NCBI GenBank assembly: GCA_964447725.1 | Contig: CAYUUB010000001.1 | Span: 1 to 34,282 of the forward strand | From: an uncultured Oscillospiraceae bacterium | GTDB lineage: Bacteria > Bacillota > Clostridia > Christensenellales > CAG-138 | Reading direction: 5' to 3' | DNA: 34,282 nucleotides | Shown here: in pieces, positions 16,893 through 24,797 of the stretch | Layout: the number at the start of each line of letters is the position of its first letter | Numbering within the stretch: the stretch's first letter is position 1 | Program-made: the position numbers and the translations under genes | The notes under the pieces: generated by a model | The model's database searches: none | The model's input: only the letters and a program-made list of their open reading frames with translations | What the model was told of the DNA's origin: nothing

Positions 16893-17450
16893 ATGGCGTT
16901 TGAAATTGTTCGAAACGACATAACGAAGATGCATGTCGATGCGATCGTCAACGCCGCAAACTCCGGACTGCTTCGGGGCGGAGGCGTCTGCGGCGCAATT
17001 TTTTCCGCGGCGGGCGCGGAAGAATTGCAGCGGGCTTGCGACGCGATCGGCCGCTGCGAAACGGGAGAAGCCGTTATAACGGACGGCTTTCGCCTGCCCG
17101 CGCGGTATGTGATCCACACGGTCGGTCCGGTTTGGCGCGGCGGCATGCAAAACGAAGAAGCGTTGCTGCGTTCGTGCTACATAAAATCGCTGGAGCTCGC
17201 AAAATCGCGCGGCCTGCACTCGGTTGCATTCCCGCTGATTTCGTCCGGAATTTTCGGTTATCCGAAGGAAGAGGCCGTTTCGGTCGCGATTTCGGCGATC
17301 GAATCCTTCCTGCAAAAAAACGACATGGTCGTTTTCCTTGTCCTGTTTGACGAACAGACCTATCGCTTAAGCAAAAACTGCGTACATAAACGCCGTCGGC
17401 AGCTTTCAGAAACGGGCGGCTGCGAACTGGGAAGATCGATCAACCAATAA
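16893..17450 (+). CDS. Stand-alone macrodomain protein (MacroD/YmdB-like ADP-ribose / O-acetyl-ADP-ribose hydrolase)
   Basis: SD GGAGGGG precedes ATG 16893. Motifs: [48 protein letters not shown], typical of MacroD-type macrodomains. Confidence 0.88.
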   Translation: MAFEIVRNDITKMHVDAIVNAANSGLLRGGGVCGAIFSAAGAEELQRACDAIGRCETGEAVITDGFRLPARYVIHTVGPVWRGGMQNEEALLRSCYIKSLELAKSRGLHSVAFPLISSGIFGYPKEEAVSVAISAIESFLQKNDMVVFLVLFDEQTYRLSKNCVHKRRRQLSETGGCELGRSINQ

Positions 17451-17461
17451 GGTGCTTGCCG

Positions 17462-17497
17462 AGGTCCTGCTTTGCTGTCAAGGCAGGACCGTTGTTT
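17462..17497 (+). terminator. Rho-independent terminator after the macrodomain gene
   Basis: Stem GGTCCTGC (17462-17469) pairs with GCAGGACC (17482-17489) across a 12-nt loop, followed by GTTGTTTT. Confidence 0.7.
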
Positions 17498-17513
17498 TAC
17501 AAATATGCTTCGC

Positions 17514-17541
17514 CTTGACACTGGAAGCGACATGCGATAAT
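17514..17541 (+). promoter_or_regulatory. Sigma-A-type promoter candidate for the CdaR-family gene
   Basis: TTGACA (17514-17519), 16-nt spacer, TGcGATAAT (extended -10; hexamer 17536-17541), about 65 nt upstream of ATG 17606. Confidence 0.45.
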
Positions 17542-17605
17542 TTGTTATCTGAAACAATGCTTATATCAATTCCTGACGCATAAAACAAAGCGAGGCCATC
17601 CAATC

Positions 17606-18757
17606 ATGAAACTTTCACAGCAAATAGCGGAAAATATCGTGCATGAGGTCAACGCGGTCATTCCGCAGATGATCAATATTATGGATGAAAACGGCGTTAT
17701 CATTGCCAGCTCCGACCTCGCGCGCGTCGGGACCCTGCACGACGGTGCGGCGCAGATCATCAAGGCGGGGCTGTCGGAACTGATCATCCATGGTCTCGAC
17801 GAATTTTTGGGCGCGAAACCCGGCGTCAATTACCCGATTATCATGCAGGGCGACTGTGTCGGCGTGCTCGGGATAACGGGAGACTATAAGGACGTTGCGG
17901 ACAATGCGCTCATCATAAAGCGAATGACGGAATTATTGCTGCTCAACGCATACAATACCGAGCAGCATCTGCTGGGCGAAAACATCCGCAACCGTTATAT
18001 CGACGCGTGGCTGAGCGGCGACGTGAAGAATATTACGGCGGATTTCATCGAACGCGGGCGCATGCTGAACATCGATATCACGATTGCGCGCCGGTTTCTC
18101 AATATCGTGCTGTATCCCGCGTCCGGTACGACGAAGCTGGACGCGATGGTCGAAATTGACCATGCGACGGAGGAAATTGTGGGGTACATCTCCCGCTTGA
18201 ATCCGTACAATCTCTACTTCAAAGACGGCGGCGCGTTGGTCTGCGCCGTGACCGAGCACGACGACGCTGCGCTTGCGCGGCTGTCGGAGCAAATTTTATC
18301 CCTTGTGGCGTCGCGCTATCCGCTGAAAGCCGCAATTGGCATCGATGCGCCTGCGGAAAACTATATGCAGGCCAGACGCAGTTACAGGAAGGCGCGCCGC
18401 GCATGCAACGCCTGCATGCGTACGCACACATGGGACATTCGCTTCTACAACGACCTGAATATGGAGCTCATTTCCGGCGAGTTGGAAGACGCCACGAAAC
18501 TGGAATTCATCCGCAGGATATTCCGCGGGATGTCCCGCGAGGAGATCGTGGAAGCGGTGATGCTGCTTGAAAATTATTATGATGCGGAAGGGTCGCTGGA
18601 ACGCTGTGCGGAACGTCTGTTTTTGCATAAAAATACAGTACAATACCGGCTGAAACGTATTGCCGAGCGGACCGGATACGACCCGAGATCGATCCGGAGA
18701 GCGCCGCTGTACTACCTTGCGATCTATTTTTACCGCGATATGCAGGAGCGGATATAG
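17606..18757 (+). CDS. CdaR/PucR-family transcriptional regulator (sugar-diacid regulator type)
   Basis: The C-terminal HTH LFLHKNTVQYRLKRIAERTGYD is typical of the PucR/CdaR family. The N-terminal AENIVHEVNAVIPQMINIMDENGVIIASSDLARVGTLHDGA resembles the diacid-recognition domain. The gene sits next to GntP and glycerate kinase genes, as for E. coli cdaR regulon genes. Confidence 0.8.
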   Translation: MKLSQQIAENIVHEVNAVIPQMINIMDENGVIIASSDLARVGTLHDGAAQIIKAGLSELIIHGLDEFLGAKPGVNYPIIMQGDCVGVLGITGDYKDVADNALIIKRMTELLLLNAYNTEQHLLGENIRNRYIDAWLSGDVKNITADFIERGRMLNIDITIARRFLNIVLYPASGTTKLDAMVEIDHATEEIVGYISRLNPYNLYFKDGGALVCAVTEHDDAALARLSEQILSLVASRYPLKAAIGIDAPAENYMQARRSYRKARRACNACMRTHTWDIRFYNDLNMELISGELEDATKLEFIRRIFRGMSREEIVEAVMLLENYYDAEGSLERCAERLFLHKNTVQYRLKRIAERTGYDPRSIRRAPLYYLAIYFYRDMQERI

Positions 18758-18789
18758 GGATGTTGAAAAATGGCGCAACGTTTCGGATT

Positions 18790-18900
18790 GCAACGAAATT
18801 ATGGACAGGACATATGAAATTTGTTACAAAAACCAAACAAAAACAAATAAAGCTGTTATTTAAAATATAGTAATCTCCCAATACTAATTATTATACTTTT
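18790..18900 (+). promoter_or_regulatory. AT-rich intergenic region, probable promoter/operator for the GntP-glycerate kinase genes (elements not resolved)
   Basis: A sharp drop in GC (TTGTTACAAAAACCAAACAAAAACAAATAAAGCTGTTATTTAAAATATAGTAAT...) occurs upstream of the transporter gene. Several TATAAT-like hexamers are present, but there is no unambiguous -35/-10 pair. Confidence 0.3.
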
Positions 18901-18986
18901 TGTATGGTCGATCGGCGGCCGCTTGTAAGGGTGCAGGGCGGCTGCCGAGCGATCGAAAAATTCAATATGGGGAGGCACATCTTTTT

Positions 18987-20336
18987 ATGACAGGCATTCC
19001 GCTTATTATCGCATTTGTCATCGCTATCGTCTTAATGATCCTTGCAATTTCAAAACTGAAAATTCATCCGTTTCTATCAATTTTAGCTGTTTCTCTTTTG
19101 TTTGCGCTGGTCGCGGGAATTCCCATTACGGACATTCCTTCCGTAATCGGCGCGGGCTTTTCCGGTACGTTCACAAGCATCGGCATCGTCATCATCTTCG
19201 GCGCGCTGGTCGGCACCCTGCTGGAGAAAACCGGTGCGGCGCTCAAAATGGCGGACTGTGTTGTAAAAGCCGTCGGCAAAAAACATCCCGAACTGGCAAT
19301 TATGCTCATGGGCTGGATCGTTTCCATCCCGGTATTCTGCGACAGCGGGTTTGTCGTTTTGAACCCGATTCGCAAAGCGATGGTCAAGCGCACGGGCGTG
19401 TCGAGCGTAACGATGACCGTGGCGTTGTCCCTCGGCCTCTATATTTCGCACTGCTTCATCCCGCCGACGCCCGGACCGATTGCGGCGGCGAGCTCCCTCG
19501 GCATTGGCGACAACCTGCTGACCGTTATGGGCCTTGGCGCGCTGATCTCTATTCCGGCGCTTGCCGCGGCGTATTTCTTCTCCAGGGCGATCGGCAAAAA
19601 AGTCAAAGCGGCGGACGACATCGAGAACGACGAAACCGTCCAGACATATGAAGAACTGGTCGCTTCCTACGGCAAACTGCCGAACGGCTGGATGGCGTTT
19701 GCGCCCATCGTCGTCCCCATCCTGCTCATGGCCATTTCTTCGGCATTCTCCATGGGCGGGCTCACCATCGGCATCATCAAGTTCCTTGGCACGCCTATCA
19801 TCGCGCTGGCTGTCGGCGTTATCTTCGGCATCATCGGCCTTGCCTCGGCGGGCAAAATGAAGGACTTCTACAAGATTACCAATGAAACGCTCAAAATCGT
19901 CGGCCCGATCCTCTTCATCACGGCGGCCGGCGGCGTGCTGGGCAAGGTCATTGCCAATTCCAGCATGGTTACTTACATCACCGATCATTCCGACGTACTC
20001 TCCGTGGTCGGAATCTTCTTCCCGTTCCTGCTTGCCGCGATTCTGAAATCCGCGCAGGGCTCTTCCACGGTTGCGATTACAACGACCGCGGGAATCCTCG
20101 CGCCGATGCTTCCGGCGCTTGGCCTTGGAACGCCGGCTCTTGCGGCCCTGACGGTTATCGCCATCGGCGCGGGCGCCATGACGGTTTCGCACGCCAACGA
20201 TTCCTATTTCTGGGTTGTGACGAACTTTGGCGAACTTACGCCTGAAGACGGCTACAAGACGCAGACGCTCGGCACCCTTGTCGTCGGCCTTGCTTCCATG
20301 GTCGGCGTGTTGATTATGTTCTTCATTTTGAGATAA
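18987..20336 (+). CDS. GntP-family permease (gluconate/glycerate-type anion:H+ symporter)
   Basis: The internal ATG 18987 is preferred over the ORF-track start 18900 because GGGGAGG lies 9 nt upstream and the protein then begins directly with TM1 (MTGIPLIIAFVIAIVLM). The protein is polytopic, ~450 aa, with GntP-like segments (GALVGTLLEKTGAA, CDSGFVVLNPI). Confidence 0.8.
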   Translation: MTGIPLIIAFVIAIVLMILAISKLKIHPFLSILAVSLLFALVAGIPITDIPSVIGAGFSGTFTSIGIVIIFGALVGTLLEKTGAALKMADCVVKAVGKKHPELAIMLMGWIVSIPVFCDSGFVVLNPIRKAMVKRTGVSSVTMTVALSLGLYISHCFIPPTPGPIAAASSLGIGDNLLTVMGLGALISIPALAAAYFFSRAIGKKVKAADDIENDETVQTYEELVASYGKLPNGWMAFAPIVVPILLMAISSAFSMGGLTIGIIKFLGTPIIALAVGVIFGIIGLASAGKMKDFYKITNETLKIVGPILFITAAGGVLGKVIANSSMVTYITDHSDVLSVVGIFFPFLLAAILKSAQGSSTVAITTTAGILAPMLPALGLGTPALAALTVIAIGAGAMTVSHANDSYFWVVTNFGELTPEDGYKTQTLGTLVVGLASMVGVLIMFFILR

Positions 20337-20361
20337 AATAAAAGCAACTATAAATCTAAAT

Positions 20362-20395
20362 GCGGAGCGCGCGACGGATTTCGCCGGCGCTCCGC
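20362..20395 (+). other. Intercistronic stem-loop between permease and glycerate kinase genes
   Basis: GCGGAGCGC (20362-20370) and GCGCTCCGC (20387-20395) form a perfect 9-bp stem. No U-tract follows. Confidence 0.35.
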
Positions 20396-20422
20396 GGCGC
20401 AAATAAAAGGAGACGAAACGAC

Positions 20423-21670
20423 GTGACGCTGAAAGAGGACGGAAAAATCATCTTGCAGGAGGCGCTTGCCGCGGCCCTTCCGGATGCCGCTGTGAACAAG
20501 GCGCTGGAGGGCGTTCGCTTCAACGGCGGAAAACTCGTGCTCGTTGCGGTTGGTAAGGCCGCGTGGCAAATGGCTTACGCCGCGCATCAGACGCCGGGCG
20601 TGCGCATAGACAACGGCGTGGTCATCACGAAATACGGCTATGCGAAAGGACCGATCGGTGATCTTTCCATCTGCGAGGCCGGACATCCAGTTCCGGATGA
20701 AAGCACTTTTGAAGCGACGGAAAAGGTGATGAAAGCGGTCTCGGGCCTTACCGAACGGGATACCGTTTTGTTTCTGCTTTCCGGCGGCGGGAGCGCCTTG
20801 TTCGAAAAACCGCTGATTCCAAAAGAAGAGCTGTACGCGCTTACCGACAAGCTGCTGGCGTGCGGAGCCGATATCACGGAGATGAACACGGTACGCAAAC
20901 GTCTCTCGGCGGTCAAGGGCGGTCGCTTTGCTCAGATTTGCGCGCCTGCGCACGTGTATTCCATTGTGCTTTCGGACATCATCGGCGATCCGCTGGACAT
21001 GATCGCCTCCGGGCCGGCCTATCCAGACGCATCTTCGAGCGAGCAGGCGCTTGCGATACTCAGGAAATACGATATCTCCGTTTCCGGCGAAACGCGCACG
21101 TGCCTGATGCGGGAAACGCCGAAGCATCTCGACAATGTCACCACCGTGGTCACGGGCAGCGTCCGTCAGCTGTGCCTGGCTGCCGAAACGGCTTGCAGGC
21201 GGCTCGGCTATGAGCCCATCGTCCTGACGGCGAGCCTTTCCTGCACGGCAAGGGACGCCGGCAGCTTCCTGGGGTCGATCGCGCAGTTTCATGCCGAAGA
21301 CACGCACTCCGTTGCGTTTATCGCCGGCGGCGAAACCATCGTTCGACTGACGGGAAAGGGAAAGGGCGGACGCAATCAGGAAATTGCGCTGGCCGCCGCG
21401 GAGAAAATCGCGGGGATACGCGACTGCGCCGTTTTTTCATTCGGATCGGACGGAACGGACGGGCCGACGGACGCGGCAGGAGGCTGGTGCGACGGCGATA
21501 CCGGACGGATATTAAGCCGGCAGGGAATCGATATCGACGAAGTCCTTATGCGCAACGACTCGTACCATGCGCTTGAGCGGTGCGGCGGCCTGATTATGAC
21601 GGGCCCGACCGGGACGAACGTCAACGATCTGTCCATCGTACTGATCAAAAGGGAACCAACGTCCGACTGA
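20423..21670 (+). CDS. Glycerate kinase, MOFRL family (DUF4147 + MOFRL; glycerate 2-kinase type)
   Basis: GTG 20423 with AGGAG 10 nt upstream is preferred over 20360. Motifs: VLVAVGKAAWQMA, LLSGGGSALFE, FIAGGETIVRLTGKGKGGRNQEIALAAA, GSDGTDGPTDAAGG. Confidence 0.8.
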   Translation: MTLKEDGKIILQEALAAALPDAAVNKALEGVRFNGGKLVLVAVGKAAWQMAYAAHQTPGVRIDNGVVITKYGYAKGPIGDLSICEAGHPVPDESTFEATEKVMKAVSGLTERDTVLFLLSGGGSALFEKPLIPKEELYALTDKLLACGADITEMNTVRKRLSAVKGGRFAQICAPAHVYSIVLSDIIGDPLDMIASGPAYPDASSSEQALAILRKYDISVSGETRTCLMRETPKHLDNVTTVVTGSVRQLCLAAETACRRLGYEPIVLTASLSCTARDAGSFLGSIAQFHAEDTHSVAFIAGGETIVRLTGKGKGGRNQEIALAAAEKIAGIRDCAVFSFGSDGTDGPTDAAGGWCDGDTGRILSRQGIDIDEVLMRNDSYHALERCGGLIMTGPTGTNVNDLSIVLIKREPTSD

Positions 21671-21728
21671 CGGTTTGTGCCGGCGTTTTGAAAGAAAATG
21701 ATTCGAATAGCCGTGCTTTCGTGAATAT

Positions 21729-21760
21729 AAGGGCCCTGCAAGAGTGTTTGCAGGGCCTTT
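21729..21760 (+). terminator. Intrinsic terminator-like hairpin after glycerate kinase gene
   Basis: AAGGGCCCTGCAA (21729-21741) pairs with TTGCAGGGCCTTT (21748-21760) to give a 13-bp stem with a 6-nt loop. The U-tract is short. Confidence 0.6.
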
Positions 21761-21835
21761 AAACGTTGTCCGCATATAAAACGCCACGAATGGGATTTCG
21801 CTTGCGAGAAGGGAAAACGGTTACTTAAAATTTCC

Positions 21836-21864
21836 TTGATGATGATTTGCCGGGATGCTATATT
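21836..21864 (+). promoter_or_regulatory. Sigma-A-type promoter candidate for the starch-binding protein gene
   Basis: TTGATG (21836-21841), 17-nt spacer, TGcTATATT (extended -10; hexamer 21859-21864). Confidence 0.5.
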
Positions 21865-21945
21865 GATTGTGCCGAACGATCTATTTCATTCACAGAATAT
21901 CAAAGTTTACGCGAACAAAAAGCAAATATTGGAGGAGGAACGAAA

Positions 21946-23472
21946 ATGAAACGAAGAGGGAAAGTTCTCGCGCTGTTTTTGGCGGTCCTGATGGTTCTTG
22001 CGTTGCTGCCGATGAGCGCGCTGGCGGAGGACGGCTACATTTGCGTTTACGCTCAGGTGCCGGACGACTGGGAAAGCCCCTGCGTCTGGGCGTGGGACGC
22101 GGACGGGACGAGCGCCTTTTCCGCGTGGCCGGGCGGCGCGATGACCGCGGATGAAACCAACCCCGGCTGGTACTATATGTATGTTCCGGACACCATGGCG
22201 TTTGTCATCATCAATGCAAACGAGGGGACCGTACAGACCAGCGACTATGAGATTGAAGCAAACGACCTCTGGATCACGGTTTCGGAAGACACGAGCGCGA
22301 CGATCACATACGATCAGCAAACGACGGGCGACATGCCGGAATACGTGCCGTACGAGGAACCGGCTGAGGAACTGCTGACTGCGGACGACGTGTGCCTCGT
22401 CTACGCCGCCGTACCCGACGACTGGGCGAATCCCTGCGTCTGGGCGTGGGACGCGGACGGCAAAGGCGCGTTCGATTCCTGGCCGGGCGGTGCGATGACG
22501 GCTGACGCGGATAATCCGGGCTGGTATTATATCTTCATTCCCAAAACCATGGCGAACGTGATTATCAACGCCAATGAAGGCGGCGTCCAGACCGGCGACG
22601 GCGCGATCGAACCGAACGACATGTGGATCACGGTCACGGCTGCGGAAACGGAAGGCGAAAACGCAACGTTCGTCGTCAGCTACGATCAGCAGACGATCGG
22701 AGGCCTGCCGGAATACGTCTCCACCGTTACGCTGTACGCGCAGGTCCCGGACGACTGGGCCGCACCCTGCGCCTGGGCCTGGACGGACGACGGAACGAAC
22801 GCCTTTGAAGCGTGGCCGGGCGGTGCGATGGAGCTCCAGACGGACGGCTGGTACGCCATCGGCATCCCTGCGAATATGGAAAACGTGATTATCAATGCAA
22901 ACGAAGGCACGGTGCAGACGAGCGACTACGCGATCGAGACGGGCAAAGACGTATGGGTCAGCGTAACGAGCGCGGAAGAAGCGAGCGTCGCATACGAAAA
23001 GCCTGCCGAGCCGACGTTCACCGTGCATGCAAAAGTGGACGGCAGCTGGACGATGCCGGGCATCTGGTCGTGGTCCGACCCGGACGGGACGAACGTGTTT
23101 ACAAACTGGCCGGGAGCCGATATGATTGACGACGGGGACGGCTGGTACAGCTACGGGCTGCCGATGTGGGTCAACCGCGTAATCATCAACGCAAACGTGG
23201 GCGCGACCCAGACCGCGGACATCGAAATCGAAGCGAAAGAACTCTGGCTCGTGGTGGACGCGGAGGGTAATTATGTCCTGAGCTACGAACAGCCTTCCGA
23301 GGACACGACGCCTGTTGCGGCGGAAACCGAAAAGAGCGTGACGGAAGCCGAGCCGGTTGTCGAAGAAGCGGCGGCAAGCCTGACATGGCTGTGGATTCTG
23401 ATTGCGGCAGTAGTTGTGGCCGGCGGTGTGACGGCCGGCATCGTAGTCGGCAAGAAGAAGAAAAACACATAA
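21946..23472 (+). CDS. Secreted, C-terminally membrane-anchored protein with four tandem CBM25/26-like starch-binding modules
   Basis: ATG 21946 with GGAGGAGG 8 nt upstream is preferred over 21847. Signal peptide: MKRRGKVLALFLAVLMVLALLPMSALA. The module pattern occurs four times: YAxVPDDWxxPCVWAW..DG..AF..WPGGAM....GWYY..IP....VIINANEG.VQT.D..IE..D.W. C-terminal TM plus basic tail: WLWILIAAVVVAGGVTAGIVVGKKKKNT. Confidence 0.8.
   Translation: MKRRGKVLALFLAVLMVLALLPMSALAEDGYICVYAQVPDDWESPCVWAWDADGTSAFSAWPGGAMTADETNPGWYYMYVPDTMAFVIINANEGTVQTSDYEIEANDLWITVSEDTSATITYDQQTTGDMPEYVPYEEPAEELLTADDVCLVYAAVPDDWANPCVWAWDADGKGAFDSWPGGAMTADADNPGWYYIFIPKTMANVIINANEGGVQTGDGAIEPNDMWITVTAAETEGENATFVVSYDQQTIGGLPEYVSTVTLYAQVPDDWAAPCAWAWTDDGTNAFEAWPGGAMELQTDGWYAIGIPANMENVIINANEGTVQTSDYAIETGKDVWVSVTSAEEASVAYEKPAEPTFTVHAKVDGSWTMPGIWSWSDPDGTNVFTNWPGADMIDDGDGWYSYGLPMWVNRVIINANVGATQTADIEIEAKELWLVVDAEGNYVLSYEQPSEDTTPVAAETEKSVTEAEPVVEEAAASLTWLWILIAAVVVAGGVTAGIVVGKKKKNT
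22036..23290 (+). repeat. Four in-frame tandem coding repeats (~354, ~333, ~290 nt spacing), one per CBM-like module
   Basis: Copies 1 and 2 share an identical 26-nt core TGCGTCTGGGCGTGGGACGCGGACGG (22081-22106 and 22435-22460). Copy 3 (~22768) and copy 4 (~23053) are progressively more diverged. Confidence 0.8.
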
Positions 23473-23490
23473 ATCAAGTAAGCAGAATCG

Positions 23491-23516
23491 CGAGCGGGCA
23501 GTTTTCTGCCCGCTCG
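23491..23516 (+). terminator. Strong stem-loop after the CBM protein gene (partial terminator / mRNA stabiliser)
   Basis: CGAGCGGGCAG-TTTT-CTGCCCGCTCG gives a perfect 11-bp stem with a 4-nt loop. No downstream U-tract. Confidence 0.45.
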
Positions 23517-23547
23517 AATCGAATGGCATAGCAAGTGAGGGCGGCTT

Positions 23548-24756
23548 ATGAAAAGAGTATGGAGCATCCTGACGGCGCTTCTTCTCATCGGGACGATCAT
23601 TCCGATGACGGGATGCGCAAAAAAGCAGACGGATACGAACACGATCGTCATTTGGCACGATAAGGAGGACGCGGTCGTCGAAGTCCTGCAAAAAGCGTTT
23701 GAAGAGCAGTTGCCGGACGTGACCGTGGAACTGGTGCGGAAGGAAGGCCTGACCGAGGCACTCAAGTTGGTCGGCAACGACCCGAGTGCCGCGCCGGACA
23801 TGTACCTGTTCGCGCACGACAAGATCGGCGTTTACGCGGAGCTTGGCATTCTTGCGCCGATCACGGATTTTGTGGACGAGGAGACGCTTTCGAACTACCT
23901 GCCGGTCACCATCGAGTCCGCCACGTATAAGGACACGCTCTATCAACTGCCGCTTTATTTCGAGACGCTGCTGTTCCTCTACAACAGGGACCTGATGAGC
24001 GACGACGAAGTTCCGGCGACGACGGAAGAGCTCTACGCCTATATGCAGGCGAACACGTCGGGCGATCATTTCGGCTTCGTGGAGCAGCACAGCACGGCGT
24101 ATTACAGCATCCCGTGGATCAACGGCTTCGGCGGGAGCCTGATTTCCGACGACGGCGTGCCGCTGCTGAACTCGCCGGAAGTGCGCGCCGCGTTGAAATA
24201 TCATAAAAAGTTTTTAGCGTATATGCCGGGTGAAAGCGAATATTCGACGGTGAACACGCTGTTTTTGAGCGGCATGGCGGATTCGATTATCGGCGGCCCG
24301 TGGCTCGTTCCGTCGGCACGGGAGGCGGGCATCGACCTTGGATTTTCCACGATGCCGGTCGTGGACGAAACGGGTTTGCCGCTCGCGCCGTATACGGGCG
24401 TGCAGGGCGTGCACGTGCTCAAGGTTGCCGCCGAAAGCAAGCACGATACCGTCGCGCGCGTGCTGAACGTGCTGACCGACCCGCAGGTCGGGATCGACCT
24501 CGCCAACGCCAGCGGCTGCGCGCCCGCCAACGCGCTGGCTTATGAGGACGAGAGCGTCAGCAGCGACCCGATGGTGACGACCATGCGCGAAATCGCGGAA
24601 ACGGCGGTTCCGATGCCGAACATTCCGGAGATGGACGTGATGTGGACGGTGATGGGCAACCTGCTTGTTGCGGTGAACATGTCCGACGGCGTCGTGGAGA
24701 CCGAAACGACGAAATACCAGACCAAGGCCGAGCAGCTCATCGAGGCGATGAAGTGA
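23548..24756 (+). CDS. Maltose/maltodextrin-binding lipoprotein (MalE-like ABC substrate-binding protein)
   Basis: Lipobox IPMTGC. IVIWHDKED...PDMYLFAHDKIGVYAELGIL parallels E. coli MalE LVIWINGDKG...[20 protein letters not shown]. Confidence 0.8.
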   Translation: MKRVWSILTALLLIGTIIPMTGCAKKQTDTNTIVIWHDKEDAVVEVLQKAFEEQLPDVTVELVRKEGLTEALKLVGNDPSAAPDMYLFAHDKIGVYAELGILAPITDFVDEETLSNYLPVTIESATYKDTLYQLPLYFETLLFLYNRDLMSDDEVPATTEELYAYMQANTSGDHFGFVEQHSTAYYSIPWINGFGGSLISDDGVPLLNSPEVRAALKYHKKFLAYMPGESEYSTVNTLFLSGMADSIIGGPWLVPSAREAGIDLGFSTMPVVDETGLPLAPYTGVQGVHVLKVAAESKHDTVARVLNVLTDPQVGIDLANASGCAPANALAYEDESVSSDPMVTTMREIAETAVPMPNIPEMDVMWTVMGNLLVAVNMSDGVVETETTKYQTKAEQLIEAMK

Positions 24757-24797
24757 GAAAAAGTACGGGTTGTCAGCAGACCAAAGACGGTGAAGCG

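Noticed and set aside
15554-17146. Long minus-strand ORFs: 530 aa here, and also 21907-24204 (765 aa), 26347-28191 (614 aa), 29651-31168 (505 aa), 19083-20402 (439 aa), 28415-29611 (398 aa), 32847-33794 (315 aa) and 20348-21307 (319 aa).
   Set aside because: All lie antisense to + strand genes with clear family motifs. Their translations are Arg/Pro/Gly/His-rich and low in complexity, with no recognisable motifs or SD sites. These are typical shadow ORFs in GC-rich DNA.
18900-18986. Upstream-extended starts given by the ORF track: 18900, 20360, 21847, 24642, 29420 and 30960.
   Set aside because: The extensions encode Arg/Cys-rich, non-homologous peptides, overlap upstream genes or hairpins, and lack SD sites. 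The internal starts (18987, 20423, 21946, 24798, 29648, 31044) each have a GGAGG-type SD at 7-10 nt and begin with a signal peptide or TM1.
21764-21945. Riboswitch or other structured leader in the long 5' regions of the CBM gene, and likewise 29408-29647.
   Set aside because: I could not recognise any conserved riboswitch core (TPP, FMN, SAM, purine, c-di-GMP, T-box and others). Only small generic hairpins and the inverted 10-mer reported separately were seen.
22036-23290. Tandem repeats as a possible CRISPR array or non-coding satellite.
   Set aside because: The repeat units are ~290-354 nt, in frame, and encode complete CBM-like modules inside a single ORF. There is no short direct-repeat/spacer organisation anywhere in the window.
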